Part shown: one piece after another, positions 47,650 to 64,000 of the stretch | Numbering within the stretch: position 1 is the first letter of the stretch | How the letters are laid out: the number at the start of each line of letters is the position of its first letter | Assembly (NCBI RefSeq): GCF_009914755.1 | Contig: NC_060929.1 | Length of the DNA: 64,000 nucleotides | Strand: one strand, 5' to 3' | DNA from: the human T2T-CHM13v2.0 reference genome, Homo sapiens | Notes under the pieces: model-generated | Database searches by the model: none | What the model saw: only the letters and a program-made list of their open reading frames with translations | What the model was told of the DNA's origin: nothing | Translations under genes and position numbers: made by a program

Positions 47650-48550
47650 AGATAGTGTCTCGTTTTCAATATGTTAACAGAGTATTATAGAATAATACAA
47701 TGAATAAAACATACAAGTGTATAAATGGATAAAAAGAAATGGTAAGAAAGACTTCTTAGAATATTTAAAACTTCAATCAAGTCATGGAATGAAGAAAGTT
47801 GTTTATGTGGATATCGAGAGAAAGATATTTGAGGTAGAATTAGCAAATTAGCATATGCAAATTAGCATATTTCTCAGAATAATGAGAAAGCATGACATAT
47901 TCATTACATGACCATTATTTTCAGTATTGCTAGAAGGAAAATGGAAGAGAATGTGAAATGCAAAGAGACAGAAAGAAAAAAACAAGAGTTAAACAAAGCC
48001 CTCTTAGGCTATTAAGGGCATTGTGTACAAAGCTGAGCAATTTGTTCTTCATGTAAGCTATGGAAGTAAATGGAGAATATTAAAATGAGTGATCTGACCA
48101 AGTGTGTATGGATGACAGTGCAATGAATAATTCTGAGGGAGAGGATGCTAGAGTGAAGAATGATTGTAAGAATTCAGTAAAGAGATGATAAGTTGACTAA
48201 CCAGAAGGAAAGTTTGAATACAGAAAGGAGGGGCTGTATATTTAGGAAATAGAATTAGAAAGTCTTTTTGTTTTAGTGCAATAGATCAAATAGAGGAGAG
48301 GATCTAACAAGAGTTCTGTGTTTCTAATTTGAGCAAAAGATAAATGGAGATGTCATGCCTTAAGTTATAATTTGGAGAAGCCTAGAGTAAAATGATTGGT
48401 GAGTTAAGTTTGGATACTGTGAAATGTAAGGTTGCTATAGGATTGTATATGCTAGTTAAATAATATTTGATGTTAGAATTCAGGAATCAAATTTTAGCAA
48501 GAGTAATAGATTTTATGGTCGCAAGTTTAAAAAATACAACCAGAATTATG
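47650..48550 (-). mobile_element. Highly decayed L2
   Basis: Purine-rich stretch with L2-like words (tatttaggaaatagaattag, gagttaagtttggata). Confidence 0.45.
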
Positions 48551-48794
48551 TAGCTATAATTTTAGACTTCATAAGTATCTTTCAATAAATAGACAAAGAA
48601 AGCTTATCTTTTAAAAACAATCAAGAATATTTTATTCAAAGAGAAGGTAAATGGTAATGATGATAAAATAGATGGGTTTTACAAAGAAAGGGATAGTCAA
48701 AGCATTGTTCGATTTTTAGTAAATCATCTGGTCAAATAAGTCAGCAATAATTGCTTTTTCAGAAGTTGGGATCTCGTGGTACATAGAATTGACA

Positions 48795-48971
48795 TGTATT
48801 TTTGTAAATAAAATTTTATTGGAACACATACACATGTATTTGTTTCTATATGGTCTATGGCTGTTTTTAAGCTACAACAAAACAGTTGAATAGCTCTAGC
48901 AGAGACTACACAGCAAATGACCTTAATGTATTTGCTATACTGCCCCTTTAAGAAATGGTTTGTCAATCCTA
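48795..48971 (+). mobile_element. MER58A (hAT-Charlie)
   Basis: tttttgtaaataaaattttattggaacac...gtctatggctgttt...gtttgtcaatcctag; strand nominal. Confidence 0.85.
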
Positions 48972-49936
48972 GGTTTATTGTATTTGGCAATTTGGAGATA
49001 ATGGCTATTTCAATTAAGTGACTAGAACATAATTGAGATTCCAGTATATCTGCCCATTTTGGCTTTTTATAACAATTATGCCAAAAAACAGTAAAAATAT
49101 TACTGATGTAAAATATTTTATTAAACTCAAAGATATGTTTAAGGTGATTATTCATCTTCAAATAATCTATAATTTTAAAGCAATAAAAATAAAATTAAAT
49201 GGTAAAATTTTGTTTTAATTTAACAAAAAAACGATGGTTTATGGTTTAATTTAATCATAAAAGATGCCAAAAGTGGTTAAAGCAAGGAATCTCAGCCTTG
49301 CTTGCACAGTAAAAAAAGTTTGAAATTACTGATAGTCACACCTAAAATATATTACAATAATTTAATTGGAGTTTGAATATCAGGGTTTTTAAATCTCCAC
49401 CCATGTAATTCTAATATGCAGTAAGATTGATAAACATTTCTTTAATGAGAGTAAAAATCAACAACTAGGATAATTATGATAAAAATAATATCAAAGTAGG
49501 TCTTATGCTAACATAACTTAAATTTTTGCTAAAATGATTTAATAAATGAAATCATAAGAGAATAGAATTTGGGAGACAAATTAAATAATATAAAAAGTAG
49601 TTCAGAAAGACACTAAAGCAATTCTCCCCATAATATTGGCAAGAGTTGAAGTGCATTAGAATACTGCGTGAAAGAATTAAAAACATCTCAAAAACTCCAA
49701 GAAAAGTCTTATCTAAAAGATCTTAATTAAATCATGATATTATTACATTTTATATTTTCATTGGTTTGAATTACTTCATGTAACTAAACTTTAAATTAGT
49801 GAGAAAATATCTAGCATATCTTTGAAGTTTTTAAGGGCTAATAATAAATATACATTGTCTTTGTACACATCTGCTCATTTGTATTTTATGTATCGATGTG
49901 AATATCTGACATAATTTCCTATTCTTCTATACAATT

Positions 49937-50128
<192 letters not shown>

Positions 50129-50947
50129 TAGGCATAGATATGACAGCACATTGTATTTTCTTGCTTGCCAATATACACCAATATATCCTAAAGCAGCATT
50201 TATAGATGAATTCTATTTGATTTCCAAGCACAGAATTATGTATAAATACTTTCTAAAACATTTATCATTATACCTTGTATAGGATAATTTGAAACACATA
50301 ACATTATTTTATGCACCATTAAGGATAAGAAAAGGCTAAAAATCAAGGTTTAATATGCCTTATTATTGATTGTATATTTCAAATTCAGAAATTCAGACGC
50401 ATTTCATATGAAAAAGAAGTATCAGAATCGACGAAATACGTTAAATGACAATGAAGGATACAAAATACCATATTAACATATTAGGATATAGACATTTTCC
50501 ACCATGAGATTAACACAGAGGAAAATTGACAAAAGTAATTTAAAATGATTCAATCTCTTAACTTGTAGAGTTCCTTTACATGACTATTTTAGCACACTAT
50601 AGCAGCAATTTTCTAACTGGTATGTAGTGACCTAGCAATGAATATGGAAAGGCATTTTTCAGTGTTTTCCCAGGATGAATCATAAGTACTTGAAGAATCT
50701 GTTTATTAGCTTTTTGATGTTTATATGCCAGCATGAAGAGATATGTTTATATCTAAATATAGAGAAAATATATGCTATGCAAGAAATCATTTTTTTCTCT
50801 CTGAAAAAATAAAATGAGTTTACCTCAGTGGTTTTCAAGTTATTTTAATATTTTCTGAAAAAAATTGAAGATTTAAAATAACATAAATGGAGACATGTTA
50901 TCAGACATTCAAATAAACTTTCTAAATGGATTCTATCAGATATGACA

Positions 50948-51043
50948 GGCAGCTTTTATACAATTTATTCAAAATACATTAACTCTTATTTTAGCGGCAG
51001 CTTTTATACAATTTATTCAAAATACATTAACTCTTATTTTAGC
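50948..51043. repeat. Perfect 48-bp tandem duplication
   Basis: ggcagcttttatacaatttattcaaaatacattaactcttattttagc twice. Confidence 0.97.
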
Positions 51044-53261
51044 AACAGGGTAGTGTACTATTAATGGCTTGTTCTAAATGCTTCCATTGACTGCATGCAA
51101 TTCTGAAATATTCAATATCTAAATACACTTACTTCACTAAAATGACTTTAATCTCATCTGTTGTTGAATATCATGACAGATGAGGAAATGGGAACGATCT
51201 TTGATAATTAAACAAAGCAGCCTGTCTTATATTTCTAAGCTATAGGGCAGATCACATTTCCAATACGCTACATTCTATCATGAAGTTAGACAATGGTTTA
51301 ACTCCTAAGACTCTAGACCAGTACTTCTGCGTCCAGGCACACACACGCACAGGATATGAGATGTGAAATTTTACATAGAAGTTTCAGATAAACAATGAAA
51401 TACATAGTTTTGAGAGAGTCATTAAGTTTTCAGTTTGTTTCCTATACAAACGAAAAAAAAGATGGAAATTACAACCATCTGACATAGAAGTTGTGCACAC
51501 CAAATAGAATTCTGTGAAAATATTGTTTTAAGTATTCTAAAGAGTCATATGAAGATACATGTTGTTGAGCTACTATCGGAAGAGTAGTTGATATATTGGT
51601 AGCAGTGGTAGTGGGAAGAACAGGTAGCTGTCACCAGGAAAAATAAAGTAGGCATAAAACTGGTTGTATTGTCCTAATTTATTACTGTTTAGAAGATAGG
51701 TTTTGAAGTTTCGTTATGGAATACATCATAATTAATGTGAAAATATATGAATATAGAAAATATAGATACCTAAACAATCATTTTCTTTCAAATTTTGTCA
51801 GCTATCTCTGAGCATGTAAGTAGAGAAGTAAAATCTTCATTTGACTCGAGTTCAAGAATCTTTTCACTACAGATTGCTCAGGAAGTTCATTAAATTGATT
51901 AATTGCCTTTGAGGTCTTAAGCCATTGGTTTATTGAAAATTCAAGTCTCTGAGAATTTTCTTTTTTTAAAAGAAAATGAATTCAGGATAGTCAGTGTGGT
52001 GATTTAAAAGGAGATTTCTGAGAAAGATAGAAGTGAGCTTTAAAAATGCCTTATATATTTCCCACAGTGTATATTGTCCAGATTTATGTTTATACTATTG
52101 TTGTGATAAAACAATCCATAAGAATGAAGAATTATTGTGGATTTCAAATTGTTTAAAGATGGGGTTAATGCTATTACATTTTCTGACTTCTTACCTGAAA
52201 GTTTTAAATAAAAAAGATCCACTAGGATGTCAAAATCTAGATTTATGTATGTATTATTATTAGTGGGTCTTCAGAGACCCTCTTACGATTACTTTGTGAC
52301 TCATAAATCTTTAAGCAATTGAGTTCCTTGAACAAAAACTACATATATTCATCTTCTCACAGAAAACAGACCTGATAAAATTATTCATTTTGTGCCTTTC
52401 TTATTTTTCTCAGGAAGGGACCATATCATAAAAAAATACATTTTCTTATTAAAATAATGAACAATATTTTTAAAGATGGATATTTAATAAATATAAATAT
52501 CATTTCAAATATTTCATTATGATTCATTCTACAATTATCGTCATAAAACATTACTTAAAAGGAGCACTTGTATTGAATCTTACAATTTTCCTGACAGTTC
52601 AAAAATCTGTGATAAAATATATATTCCTCCTATACTCTGAGTCTCTAAGAAGTTAAATAAAATAAAAGATAATGAGGTAGATTTCCCAAATCCTTTTATG
52701 ATGAATATGTGACAAAAATAGAGCTGTTAACTCTTTGAGAAAATTTGATATTGTCTCTTCTGGCTTTACAATCAAATCCCTGCAATCAGCTGAAATTTTT
52801 AAAGTTTATATATTCTATTTTATAAGTTGAAAAAAGAAGTACCTCACAGGAATTTAGGCCATAGATGCTTGAAAAGTCTAAATTCCTCCTAGAATACTAA
52901 AACCATAGGTATTGAGTTTCTAGCAGATACATATCAAAGAGAATTTGTGGCTGTGCCTTACCATTATATAGAGGCATCAGCCTTAATCCCGAAATCCAGG
53001 TCTCAGGAAATAAAAGAGAATACCTCATGGTTATTAGGCGTAGTTCTCTGGTTTTTCAGTAATGCAGATGAAGCCTGAGCTCTGCCCATGTATCATAATG
53101 CCCATGCACTCTTCGAACTCAGGAAATGTGATTATTGCCTATCTTTTGTAATAAACTATACAGATTGAATATGGGACTTATATAAAGCAGGGGTATTAAC
53201 TTATTCAGAGTCCAAAAAAGGAATAACATTCAGAGTGTATTGAATGAAAGCACACTTGTAT

Positions 53262-53289
53262 ACACACACACACACACACACACACACAG
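53262..53289. repeat. (CA)n microsatellite
   Basis: Direct inspection. Confidence 0.95.
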
Positions 53290-54482
53290 AGAGCAGCTGT
53301 GATACTTTAATTACTTCTTATACCCTCACATTTTAAGTCATATTTGATAGTATTCTAACTTAACCAAAATGATGCATTATTCTTTGTAATCTGCTTCTTG
53401 AAATAATGTAAGGATAAGAAAATTGTCCAGTTTATTAAACTTTTCAAATTTGAAAATGGTTTAAAATAAAAATGTAGCTTACACACATAAAAGAAGAAAT
53501 GACATGTGTATTTATATTTATTGACCATAAGTCATTTGGATGATAATTTTGAAATCATTTTCCTTACAGGAAAAATATTTTCTCTATAAAAATAGAAAGA
53601 AAACAAAAAAATGTAATTGAGATTGAGATGCTATGGAAAAATTCACCATCATTGCTTTTGGTTGAGGCATTTTAAATTTTTTGTAATTTCAGGTCTTGGG
53701 CTGCTTAAACTACGTATCACAAATGCCTAACCCCTGTTTGTTATCACAGTAGAAATATTAATGTTTTTCTTTATGATGATGATGTAGTAAAAATTGGAAA
53801 TAAAAATCCCTTAAACTGTATATAATAATTAAGCTGGAAAGTAGGAGAAATCACAGAATTTGCACTCTGTAAATACATGCCTGTGCACATCTTAAGTGCA
53901 GACTTCTCTCAACTGTGAGTCAAAATTACTCTTAAAGCTATCTTAATTCAATATTAAAAATTCATCAAATTTGCAAGTCAAAACGATAAAATTCTAGATT
54001 TAGGTTCATAAAATAGTTATAAAATAAAATGCACTATTATTAACCATTAAATATAAAAGTATACAGAATAATTTTTTCAGAAATTCAGAAAATTAGTAAT
54101 ATTAAGGATATGAGTAAAATGATAAATAGCAAACTAAAATAAATGCTTATTTTATATTTTCTTGAGTATATATTAGATCTGTTGTCATTTAATAGCATAA
54201 AAACAAATTACCTAACATAAATTTCTAAGAAATATTTACTGTTGTAAGATAAGCAGTCTTATAATGTATAAGTAATCTCTCTAATCGTTTCTTCTAAAAT
54301 GGCTGAGGTTACTTACATTTTCAAGTAATGTTCAAATCACAAGACGTTCTTTAAAAATATACACCAAGAAATGAGAATTTCAGATTCAGAATTTTACTAA
54401 AAATTCTCCTTTAAAAAGTTATCACCTGACAGAGCCTTATAAGCTTTTTATTGTGAAATAAAATCGGCATGGAGGAAAAATA

Positions 54483-54839
54483 CAATCATCGCTCTCTATT
54501 CCTGAGAGATTAGTTCAAGGTCACCACCATCTACAGATACCAAAATCCATAGATGCTCAAGTCCTTTAGGTAAACGGTGTAGTATTTGCATATAGCCTAC
54601 ACATATCTTCCCGTATACCTTAAATGGCCTCTACATTACTAATAATACCTAATATGATGCAAATGATTTATAAATAGTTGTTATACTATATTGTTTAGGG
54701 AATAATGACAAGGAAGTAAAAACGTCTGTACATGTTCAGTACAGATGCAACCATCTTTTAAAAACTTTTTTAAAGTATTATTGTTCTGGGCTTATTTGAA
54801 TCCATGAATATGGAACCCACGAATATGGAGGGCAAACAG
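54483..54839 (+). mobile_element. MER2-family (TcMar-Tigger)
   Basis: gataccaaaatccatagatgctcaagtcc...gtagtatttgcata...ggaacccacgaatatggagggc; strand nominal. Confidence 0.88.
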
Positions 54840-54922
54840 TTATCACAAAATGAAGTTCTGCATTTCAGAGTATTGTCACCCAGAAATTAAAAATGACCAG
54901 CATGGCAGCCCTCAAATCCTAA

Positions 54923-55342
<420 letters not shown>

Positions 55343-56942
55343 TAAGTTGCTAATCAACTGAAATAGTAATGCCAGAACTTTCTAAGCCATGCCAAATTTT
55401 AACACTGATTAATCATTGTGATTTGACCCAATTTTTAAGTTAATATAGTAATATTTTAATTTCCAAGTTGAATTCCTATATACAACAGAATCATCTTGTT
55501 ATTTTCCATTTTTAAAAGAGTTCCCTAGTGATAGATCTGGAAAGGACTGAAGTCTTTGAAATATTGTCTTCTAATCTATATGCTGATTAATTTATATAGA
55601 GCTTTAATTTATCTCACTTTTATTTTCTCTGAGGTCTCATATATCTCTCCCTATGTTTTTTTTTCTACTTTTCTGATTTTTCAGTTATATCCTAAGTGGA
55701 TTTTATGAAACATTATTTTTTTCTAAATGTTTGCTGCTTTTTAATCATTATATATTTTAGTAGTTTTCTCTATTGGATTAAGCAATTTGACTTCTATTCC
55801 TTGACTGAATATGATTTTCTTTTACTTTTAAATCATAGATGAATTGTGAACTTATCCGAAGCTCCTTCTGCATCTATTGAAGTGGTCATGATTTTTCTCC
55901 TTATTCTATGAAAGTGGTGAATTATTTTGAAAGTTTTATTCAATGTTAAATCAAAACTGAATTTCTGAAATAAATTTATCATTATTAATAGCATTTTTAG
56001 CAGGCCTCAGACTTTAATCTTCTCATTTCTCTGGGTTACAAAAGGCTGCCAAAAGCGTTACTAAGACCCATGGTTTCTCAATCCAGAAATTCTAGTGCAT
56101 ATAAATACTGGCTCAATTCCCTGGTCCTTCCAACCTCCGCCAGAACCTAACCTGGTGGTTCTTCCAGGTTTTATTAACTCTCCAGTGTCTTCAAGCAGAT
56201 TTTTAAAATAATTATCTAATTGCATAACACAGAGAAGAAGATGCAATATAGATAGGTAGAGAGGTAAATACACAATTTTAAATCTAATAGTATATGCAGA
56301 TTTTAATAAAATAGTAAATTTAATTTTAATTAAATTCCCTTTTCAAGATAATAATCTAACACATTAATTTAATCAATGCATATAAATGTTAACAAAATAA
56401 CTATTTTTATTTAGTAGCAGTTAATTTTAATAGATACCCCACCACATGAATTGATTTTAGGTAATATACTGATGAAAAAATGTTTCTATAAAGACTATTT
56501 GTACTATCAAAGGACTGCTTAATTCATACCTAATAATCTTAAACAGTATAACCTCTTTACAGTTTCTATGCTCACAAATATATTTATTAGTTTATTGCCA
56601 CTGAGAAAATTTTCTTATAAATCTATTATAAGGACTTGTCCATTTCATCTCAAATTTTATTTTATTAATCTTATGTTTTTAAAAATATATTATTAATTCC
56701 TAGGGGCCAAGGATTGTTACATTAGCTATTTAGAACAATTATAATGCGTAGTGACCTACATATATGTCTGTGTTAATTTAGCAGTAGTAAAATTTACTTA
56801 CATGTTTTTAATATAACTGCACATATTTTCTTCTGGTTTGTGTTTGTCTGTTACGCATTGTTTTTAAAACTTTAATCTTAAGCTTCAGGAAAACTCTTCT
56901 AAGTGTTACTTCATATCCAATCTGATTATTTGTAGAATTTAG

Positions 56943-57301
<359 letters not shown>

Positions 57302-57834
57302 TATAATTATTTTTTTAACTCTGATTTGTTCCACTCTTCTCTTGTCTTCTTTTTTGTTTATGTTTGGCTGATTTTCCTTCCCATTTCAGTTTTCTTTTAA
57401 CCTATTTGGTGGTGGAGGAGAATGTACACTCTATCACCATAATTCTATTGGTTAAAATGAAAGCATTAACATTTAACACTAAAAAATGTATTTAATTAGT
57501 GAATACATAATATTTTAACTCTGTAGTAAAATGCAAGACTTTTAGAACGTTATAATTTTATTAGATAATTTATGATTGACTTTTACCCAAATAAATACTT
57601 AGAGAAGAAAACTTGGACAACACATAGTTAAAAACAGTAGTGCCTATAACCGTCATATAACAGATTCATAAAAGTTAATTATTAAATTAATCTGTAAAAA
57701 TTCTCAATATCTTTTATAAACATGGTAATTTTATATGATTAAACCTAATAAAATTGATATTTTCAAAGCAGATTTATAAAAATATAGATAACATAATTAG
57801 AGACCACGTAACTAAAAAAAGTAAGTTCCAGCTA

Positions 57835-60030
57835 ATGGGGATAAGACAAAAAAGGAAATAAAAGGTATATATATTGGAAAGGAAGAAACAAAATTTTCCT
57901 GGTTTTTAGATGACATAATCATCTATGTAGTAAAACTGAAGGAATAATTTTAAAAAGCGAGAATTAATAAGTGATTATGGCAAGGTTGTAGGATACAAGG
58001 TTAATATTCAAAAGTCAATACATCTCTTATATACCAGCAATGAACAAGTAGAATTTGAAATTAAAAACCCAATACCATTTACATTTGCAACCCCCAAGAT
58101 GAAATGGTTTGGTATAAATATAATGAAATACATAGAAGATCTATATGAGGAAAACTATTATACAAAACTGTGATGAAGGAAATCAAACTAAATAATGGAG
58201 AGATATTTTAAATTCATGAACAGGAAGAGTTGATGGTATCAAGATGTCAGTTCTTCCCAACTTGATCTATAGATTCAATTTAATCGTCCCAAAAATCTCA
58301 GCAAGTTATTTTGTCAGTATCAACAAACCGATTCTAAAGTTTATAAGGAGAGGCAAAAGACCCAGAATAGCCAACATAATACTAAAGAACAAAGCCAGCA
58401 GACTGACCCACTATCAGACTTCAAGACTTACCATAAAGCTATGGTAATCAAGACTGTGTAACCCTGGTAAAAGAATGGGCGAATAGATTAATGAAACAAC
58501 ATTAAAAAATAAGAAGTAGACCCACATGAATATAATGATCCAATATTTTTTTAAAAAGCAGAGGTAATCAGTGCAGAAAAGATAATCTTTCCCCAAAGTG
58601 GTATTGAAATAACTGGATATTCACAGGCAAAAAAAAAAAAAAAAAAAAAAAATGAATCTATACGCAGACCTTATACCCTTCCCAAAAATTAACTCAAAAC
58701 GTATCATAAACCTAAATATAAAATGCAAAATTATATAACTCATAGAAGATAACAGGAAAAAACTTATGGATATGGCAATGTGTTTTTAAACATAACACCA
58801 AAGGCATGATTTATAAAAGAAAGAATTGATAAGCCAGATTTCATTTAAATTTTAAACTTCTTCTTTGCAAAATATAATGTCAAAAGAATGAGAAAACAAA
58901 CTACAAACTCGGAAAAAAAATTTTCAAACATATCTGAAAGGACTGTCATTAAAATATACAAATAATTCTTAACGCTCAACAATGAGAAAACAAATAACTC
59001 TTAAAACTCAACAACAAGAAAACAAACAGCCAGATTACAAAATGGGTCAAAGATCTTAACAGACACCGCACCAAAGAAGACATATAAATGATAGAAAGCA
59101 TGTGATAAGATGCTCCACAATGTATATAATAGGGGCAAATGCAAGTTAAGAAAAAACAAAAACAACAAAATGACACAATACACCAATTAGAATGGCCAAA
59201 ATTCAGATAACTGACAACAACTGCTGGTGAGGATGGGAAAAAACAGAAATTCTCATTCATAGCTGGTGGGGGGAGTGCACTTTGTTTAATAGCTTGGCAG
59301 TCCTTATGAAACTAAGCGTACTCTTGCCATACAGTCCAGTAATCACATTATTTGGTCTTTACCTAAAGATGTTGAAAATTTATGTCCACATAAAAACCTG
59401 TACACAGATGTCAACAACAGCTTTGTTGATAATTTTCAAAACTGGGAAGCAGCAGGTGAGTGGATAAACACTCTTTAATATATCCAAATAAGGGAAAATT
59501 ATTCAGCACTAAAAAGAAATGAGTAATCAAATCATCAAAAGGCATGGGGGAAACTTAAATGCATATTGTGAAGTGAAAGAAGCTAGTGATAACCTATGTA
59601 TATGTATGATTTCACCCATAAAAAAATTCTGGAAGAAGCCAAACTATAGAGACTGTAAAAAAAAAAATTAATGGTTGCCGGAAGTTGGGGTGAGGATATT
59701 TATAGGCAGAGCACACAGGAATTTTAAGGCAGTGAGAACACACTGTATAATACTGTATTTACCACCTATTTCATTATACATGTTTTCGAAACCGTAGAAT
59801 GTACAACACCAAGAGTGTACCCTTATGCAAACTATGGCCTTTGGGTGATTATGGTGTGTCAATGTAGGTTCATCAGTTGTAAAAAATGTAGCACTCTGGT
59901 GGGGGATGTTGATAATAAGGGAGGTTGTGTGTGTGTGAGGGCAGGGGATATATGGGAAATCTCTGTGTCTTCTGTTAATTTTGCTGTAAACCTAAAACTG
60001 CTCTCAAAAAAGATCATCAAAATAAATTTT
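57835..60030 (+). mobile_element. L1MC1/2-like element (decayed ORF2 3' half and 3'UTR)
   Basis: RT relic tttttagatgacataatc (F.DD), MSVLPNLIYRFN, 3'UTR agaatgtacaacaccaagagtg...aacctaaaactgctct. Confidence 0.9.
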
Positions 60031-61469
60031 AAAATATGGTCAAGTTGAAAATAACTTATTAGCCAATATAGTGCAAAAAGTAATAAAAACAATGTCATAT
60101 ACAGTATAATAATACCCTATTTATTAACTGCGCAATTATCCTTTCATTTTTTCTCTCAGATAAAAAATATCATTTGCTAGGACACTTGAAGTGGTAACTT
60201 TAGGGTTTCTTTTTAACCTCTCTCCTGGCATAAATATGAACCTTGAAAAAATATATTGATTGAAATTTCTAGCAAGTAATCAAAATTCTCATTTTTCCTG
60301 TTCTTGCATTCTCCAGTTTAGGACTCTCTTGATTCTACCAGGACTCTTATCATAATCTATTGCTTGATGAATACTATTTTAAAATGTAAAACTCAGTAGA
60401 TATAAATGTATAATACAATAATAATAACAGAAAGATGAGTAAAGAATGGTAACTGTGCTGAATTATGTTGCTTTTATCCAAAATAAGAGACCACATATCA
60501 CGTTATTTTATAATTAGTGATAATGTGAGTTTCTCTCTGACTATATTTTAATAAATTTTAGAGCAGATTCCCAGGAGTATTCAGCTTTCTGTTTCCTCTT
60601 TCTAAATCTATTGGGAGCCTATTTTTGTATATCTTTTCTGAACAACCATATATGTGATTTACCTTAGAGATGTAGTATAGTGACCTCGCATTTGATGAAA
60701 CTGTAAAACTGGAATCTCTTTCCTCCACAGTAGGGCGAACGACATACTATAATGCCAAATACTACTCTTAACCTTTATAAATACATTAAATCTCATTAAC
60801 CAGGCAGAAATAGTTTAATTCTAATATGTGGTAGGCTGTGTCAGTGTATTAACCATTCAATTTTTATGAATTATTAATCTGTATCTCAAGTTATTGGCTA
60901 CTAGATTAATTCATAGAACATTTCATAAACCTCAAGATAAAGGAACATATTACATAATACTAGGATTTTCAATTTACTCTATAAATTTCCCATAGACACA
61001 TAGATATTTATACTATGCCCAGTTTAACATTTTGACTCAAATGGATATTTTAAAATTTAGATTTTTAAACACATACTCTCTCTCTCCATCTCTATATCTC
61101 ACTTTATCCCAACCTTAGAACTCGTGAGTTGGCAATCTCTTCCACATAAGCACTCATCAGCTATCTATAATGATCTATAATGGCCAACTGTTGATGTCTG
61201 CAGACTAACTCTCTTGCAGAATATCATCTAGTATAATTTTAGTGGTAGAGATTATATATTTTCCCAGCCCTACTACGATAGTTTTGGTTATTCATGACTT
61301 TGAACTCCTCTAACCTGTGTTCCTGTCAACAGAGGTTAATGATTCCGGACCACATTCTTTCAAAGCCACGAGGCAATATTGTTAGTCTAGTTGAACACTC
61401 TGCTCTTAACTCTGTCCACAACTTTCAATCTTACTGTGTTCATGTATTCAAGAGAGATGCTCTTAATAG

Positions 61470-61799
<330 letters not shown>

Positions 61800-62305
61800 T
61801 CCCATTAGTTCTAAAATGATAAAACTTCATGAGAGATAATATAAGAAATATTCCTTTAGCATTATTAAACTTTAAATATGCAAATACTGCTCCAACTCAT
61901 GATTGCATATACGAAAAATGGCAAACAGTGAAAAAGTGCTAAATTGTTTTTCCACCTACATTTTATTGAAAAGGCTATATATGTCATTCTCTGCATAATG
62001 CTGGTTCAGAGTTCTTATTCTTTTAGGCCATTTCTCTCAGCTTTGTAAAACACACATTCCACTTAGATTCCTATGATAGCCTCATTCCTCCTGGTTTTAA
62101 TGATGTTGGACATTTTTTATCCTCTTCTATATTTCTGTGGGCATATTAAGACTAACAGAGTTATACAAGAGATTTTTAATTTGAAATATAAGCTTGCCTT
62201 AATTTTTTCTATTGTTAAGAAATTTATCAACACGATGTACATCTGAAGCATTCTTATATTGTTAGAATAATGTTTATGAAAAAAGCATTATTTGTTGAAA
62301 ATAAT

Positions 62306-62502
62306 CAGGGTTCTTCAACCTCAGCTCTTTTAACATTGCGGGTCCAATCTTTCTTTGTTGTGGGAAGCTGCCCTGTGTGTGGGAGGATGACTGGCCTCGC
62401 TGTTGTCATCTACCAGATAGATGCTGGTTACACCCTACACCCAGCTGCAATGACTGAGTGTTTTGGGAGACATTGGAAACCTACCCTGGTTGTGAACCGA
62501 CA
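62306..62502 (+). mobile_element. MER20 (hAT-Charlie)
   Basis: ttcttcaacctcagc...ctttgttgtggg...ctaccagatagatgc...ggttgtgaacc; strand nominal. Confidence 0.8.
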
Positions 62503-64000
62503 ATTTAAAACATCTCAATTCTCTATAGTCTATAAATGTATTTCTTGATTTTCCAGAGATCCCATAAATACTGGGAATGTTTCCCCACAAAGCAATTGGG
62601 CATGTCTTTATTCGCTCTGCCTGAGAAGTGGTTATCTCCTTCCTCGCCCAGAAACAGATGCAATAATATATGCTAACAAATACATTGCATTATTCAACTT
62701 GGATATTAAACATCCATTGACAGCAATTCATTAAATGACTATAGCCATATTAAATAGTCAGTGTAGCTATTTTACGTGGCATTATCTTGACATAATAGGC
62801 CAGGCCATGGTTTTCTAGACATTTATTTTACTGGAAGTTCCTTCATATTTCATGTTCACCAGAGGAAGGGCATAGCAAGTTCAATTGTAATTCAATGGAT
62901 TCTAGCATGAAAGCTATGGCTACAACAAATATAGGAAAGCAACAGCGAAGAAAGGAATAAAATACATATCTATACATATAAAATAATTGCATATTCACAT
63001 GCACAAACATATATTTTACGTTTTTATTTTTTAAAAAGTGACATTTTATGTTATTGATTAAATACAGTAATTATTTTATAATATTGTAGATTTATTTAGT
63101 AGTTTATTCTAATTATGTTTGCCATCTCCTTAAATTAAATTTCAAATATATCTATAACAGCTAATTATTTACTATATTTAACAATTTTTTTTGAATGTCA
63201 TGATAAGTTTTCTTTTGTTGCTGAGAAAAGGGCAAGCCTCCATTTTCCAGCAGAATACTATATCATATGCTATTTACATCAGGCTTTGAGTAATTTAGAA
63301 ATTGCTATAACTATAAATTTAAATGTGTGTTAATTGTATTCACAACAATAATACAAACATATATTGTTGATATTTAAATTTTTAATTATTATATACAAAT
63401 TTAACATATTTAAGTTATACTACAGCCAAACCAGTTTGTTCTCTAAAGATAATTATTTTCATATTCATATATCTATTTGCAGATCATGTTGGAGGTGTTT
63501 GCATATATAAATATTTATATATAAAATAAGAAATGTTACTTGAGAATTTTATTAAATGTTATATTAAATTACCATTTAATTTGCTTATTAAATATGTGTT
63601 CTCAAAATATTTCCATGTTAGGACACTGAAAACTACATAATTTTTTAAAGTGTCTGTAGGATATCATAGAAAACTGATTCTGAGTCCCTATAAGATTGTC
63701 AATATTTTCTTGTTGCTTTTAAAAAATAATGAATGAATTGCCATTTCTTATCTCAAGATAATAAACATATATTTTATGCATTTTCAATATTAAATATGTA
63801 TTTTATGATTTATTTGTTGTAGTGCAATATAGTAATTATCTTAGTTAATATTTTTTTCTAAATTGCTCCAATTATCTCAGCCTAATTTACTGAGAACTCT
63901 GTATTTTGCCATTGATTTAGAAAGCTTCCTTTCTCAGATGCTTTATCACTATTTATTTGTGTTTAATTCTGCATCATTTCATCTGTTGTGTTTGATCTTC

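Noticed and set aside
47838-47870. Clustered octamer/POU-like motifs (ATGCAAAT, ATTAGCAT)
   Set aside because: Explained by a short local duplication in a decayed repeat; no independent regulatory evidence
48724-49161. 145-aa ORF
   Set aside because: Chance AT-rich ORF crossing MER58A; no recognisable domain

Overview
AT-rich primate (hominoid, probably human) genomic DNA, intronic or intergenic. No host exon, RNA gene or CRISPR array could be supported; nearly all listed ORFs are transposon-derived or chance ORFs. Main contents: a full-length ~6.04 kb L1PA2/L1PA3-type LINE-1 (minus strand, 12-bp TSD) with broken ORF1/ORF2, an intact antisense ORF0 and a mutated YY1 core; several older L1 fragments including a twin-primed 5'-inverted L1; ten Alus, all on the minus strand; a full-length decayed HSMAR2 mariner; other DNA transposons; and many ERV/MaLR LTRs including an MLT2-HERVL 5' remnant. 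The most unusual signal is a cluster of short (60-183 bp) locally copied segments between ~22 and 34 kb, with fold-back or flank-duplication junctions, which look like templated-repair scars of different ages. I see no evidence for a new protein-coding system. Repeat subfamily names come from remembered consensus sequences and need Dfam/RepeatMasker confirmation.
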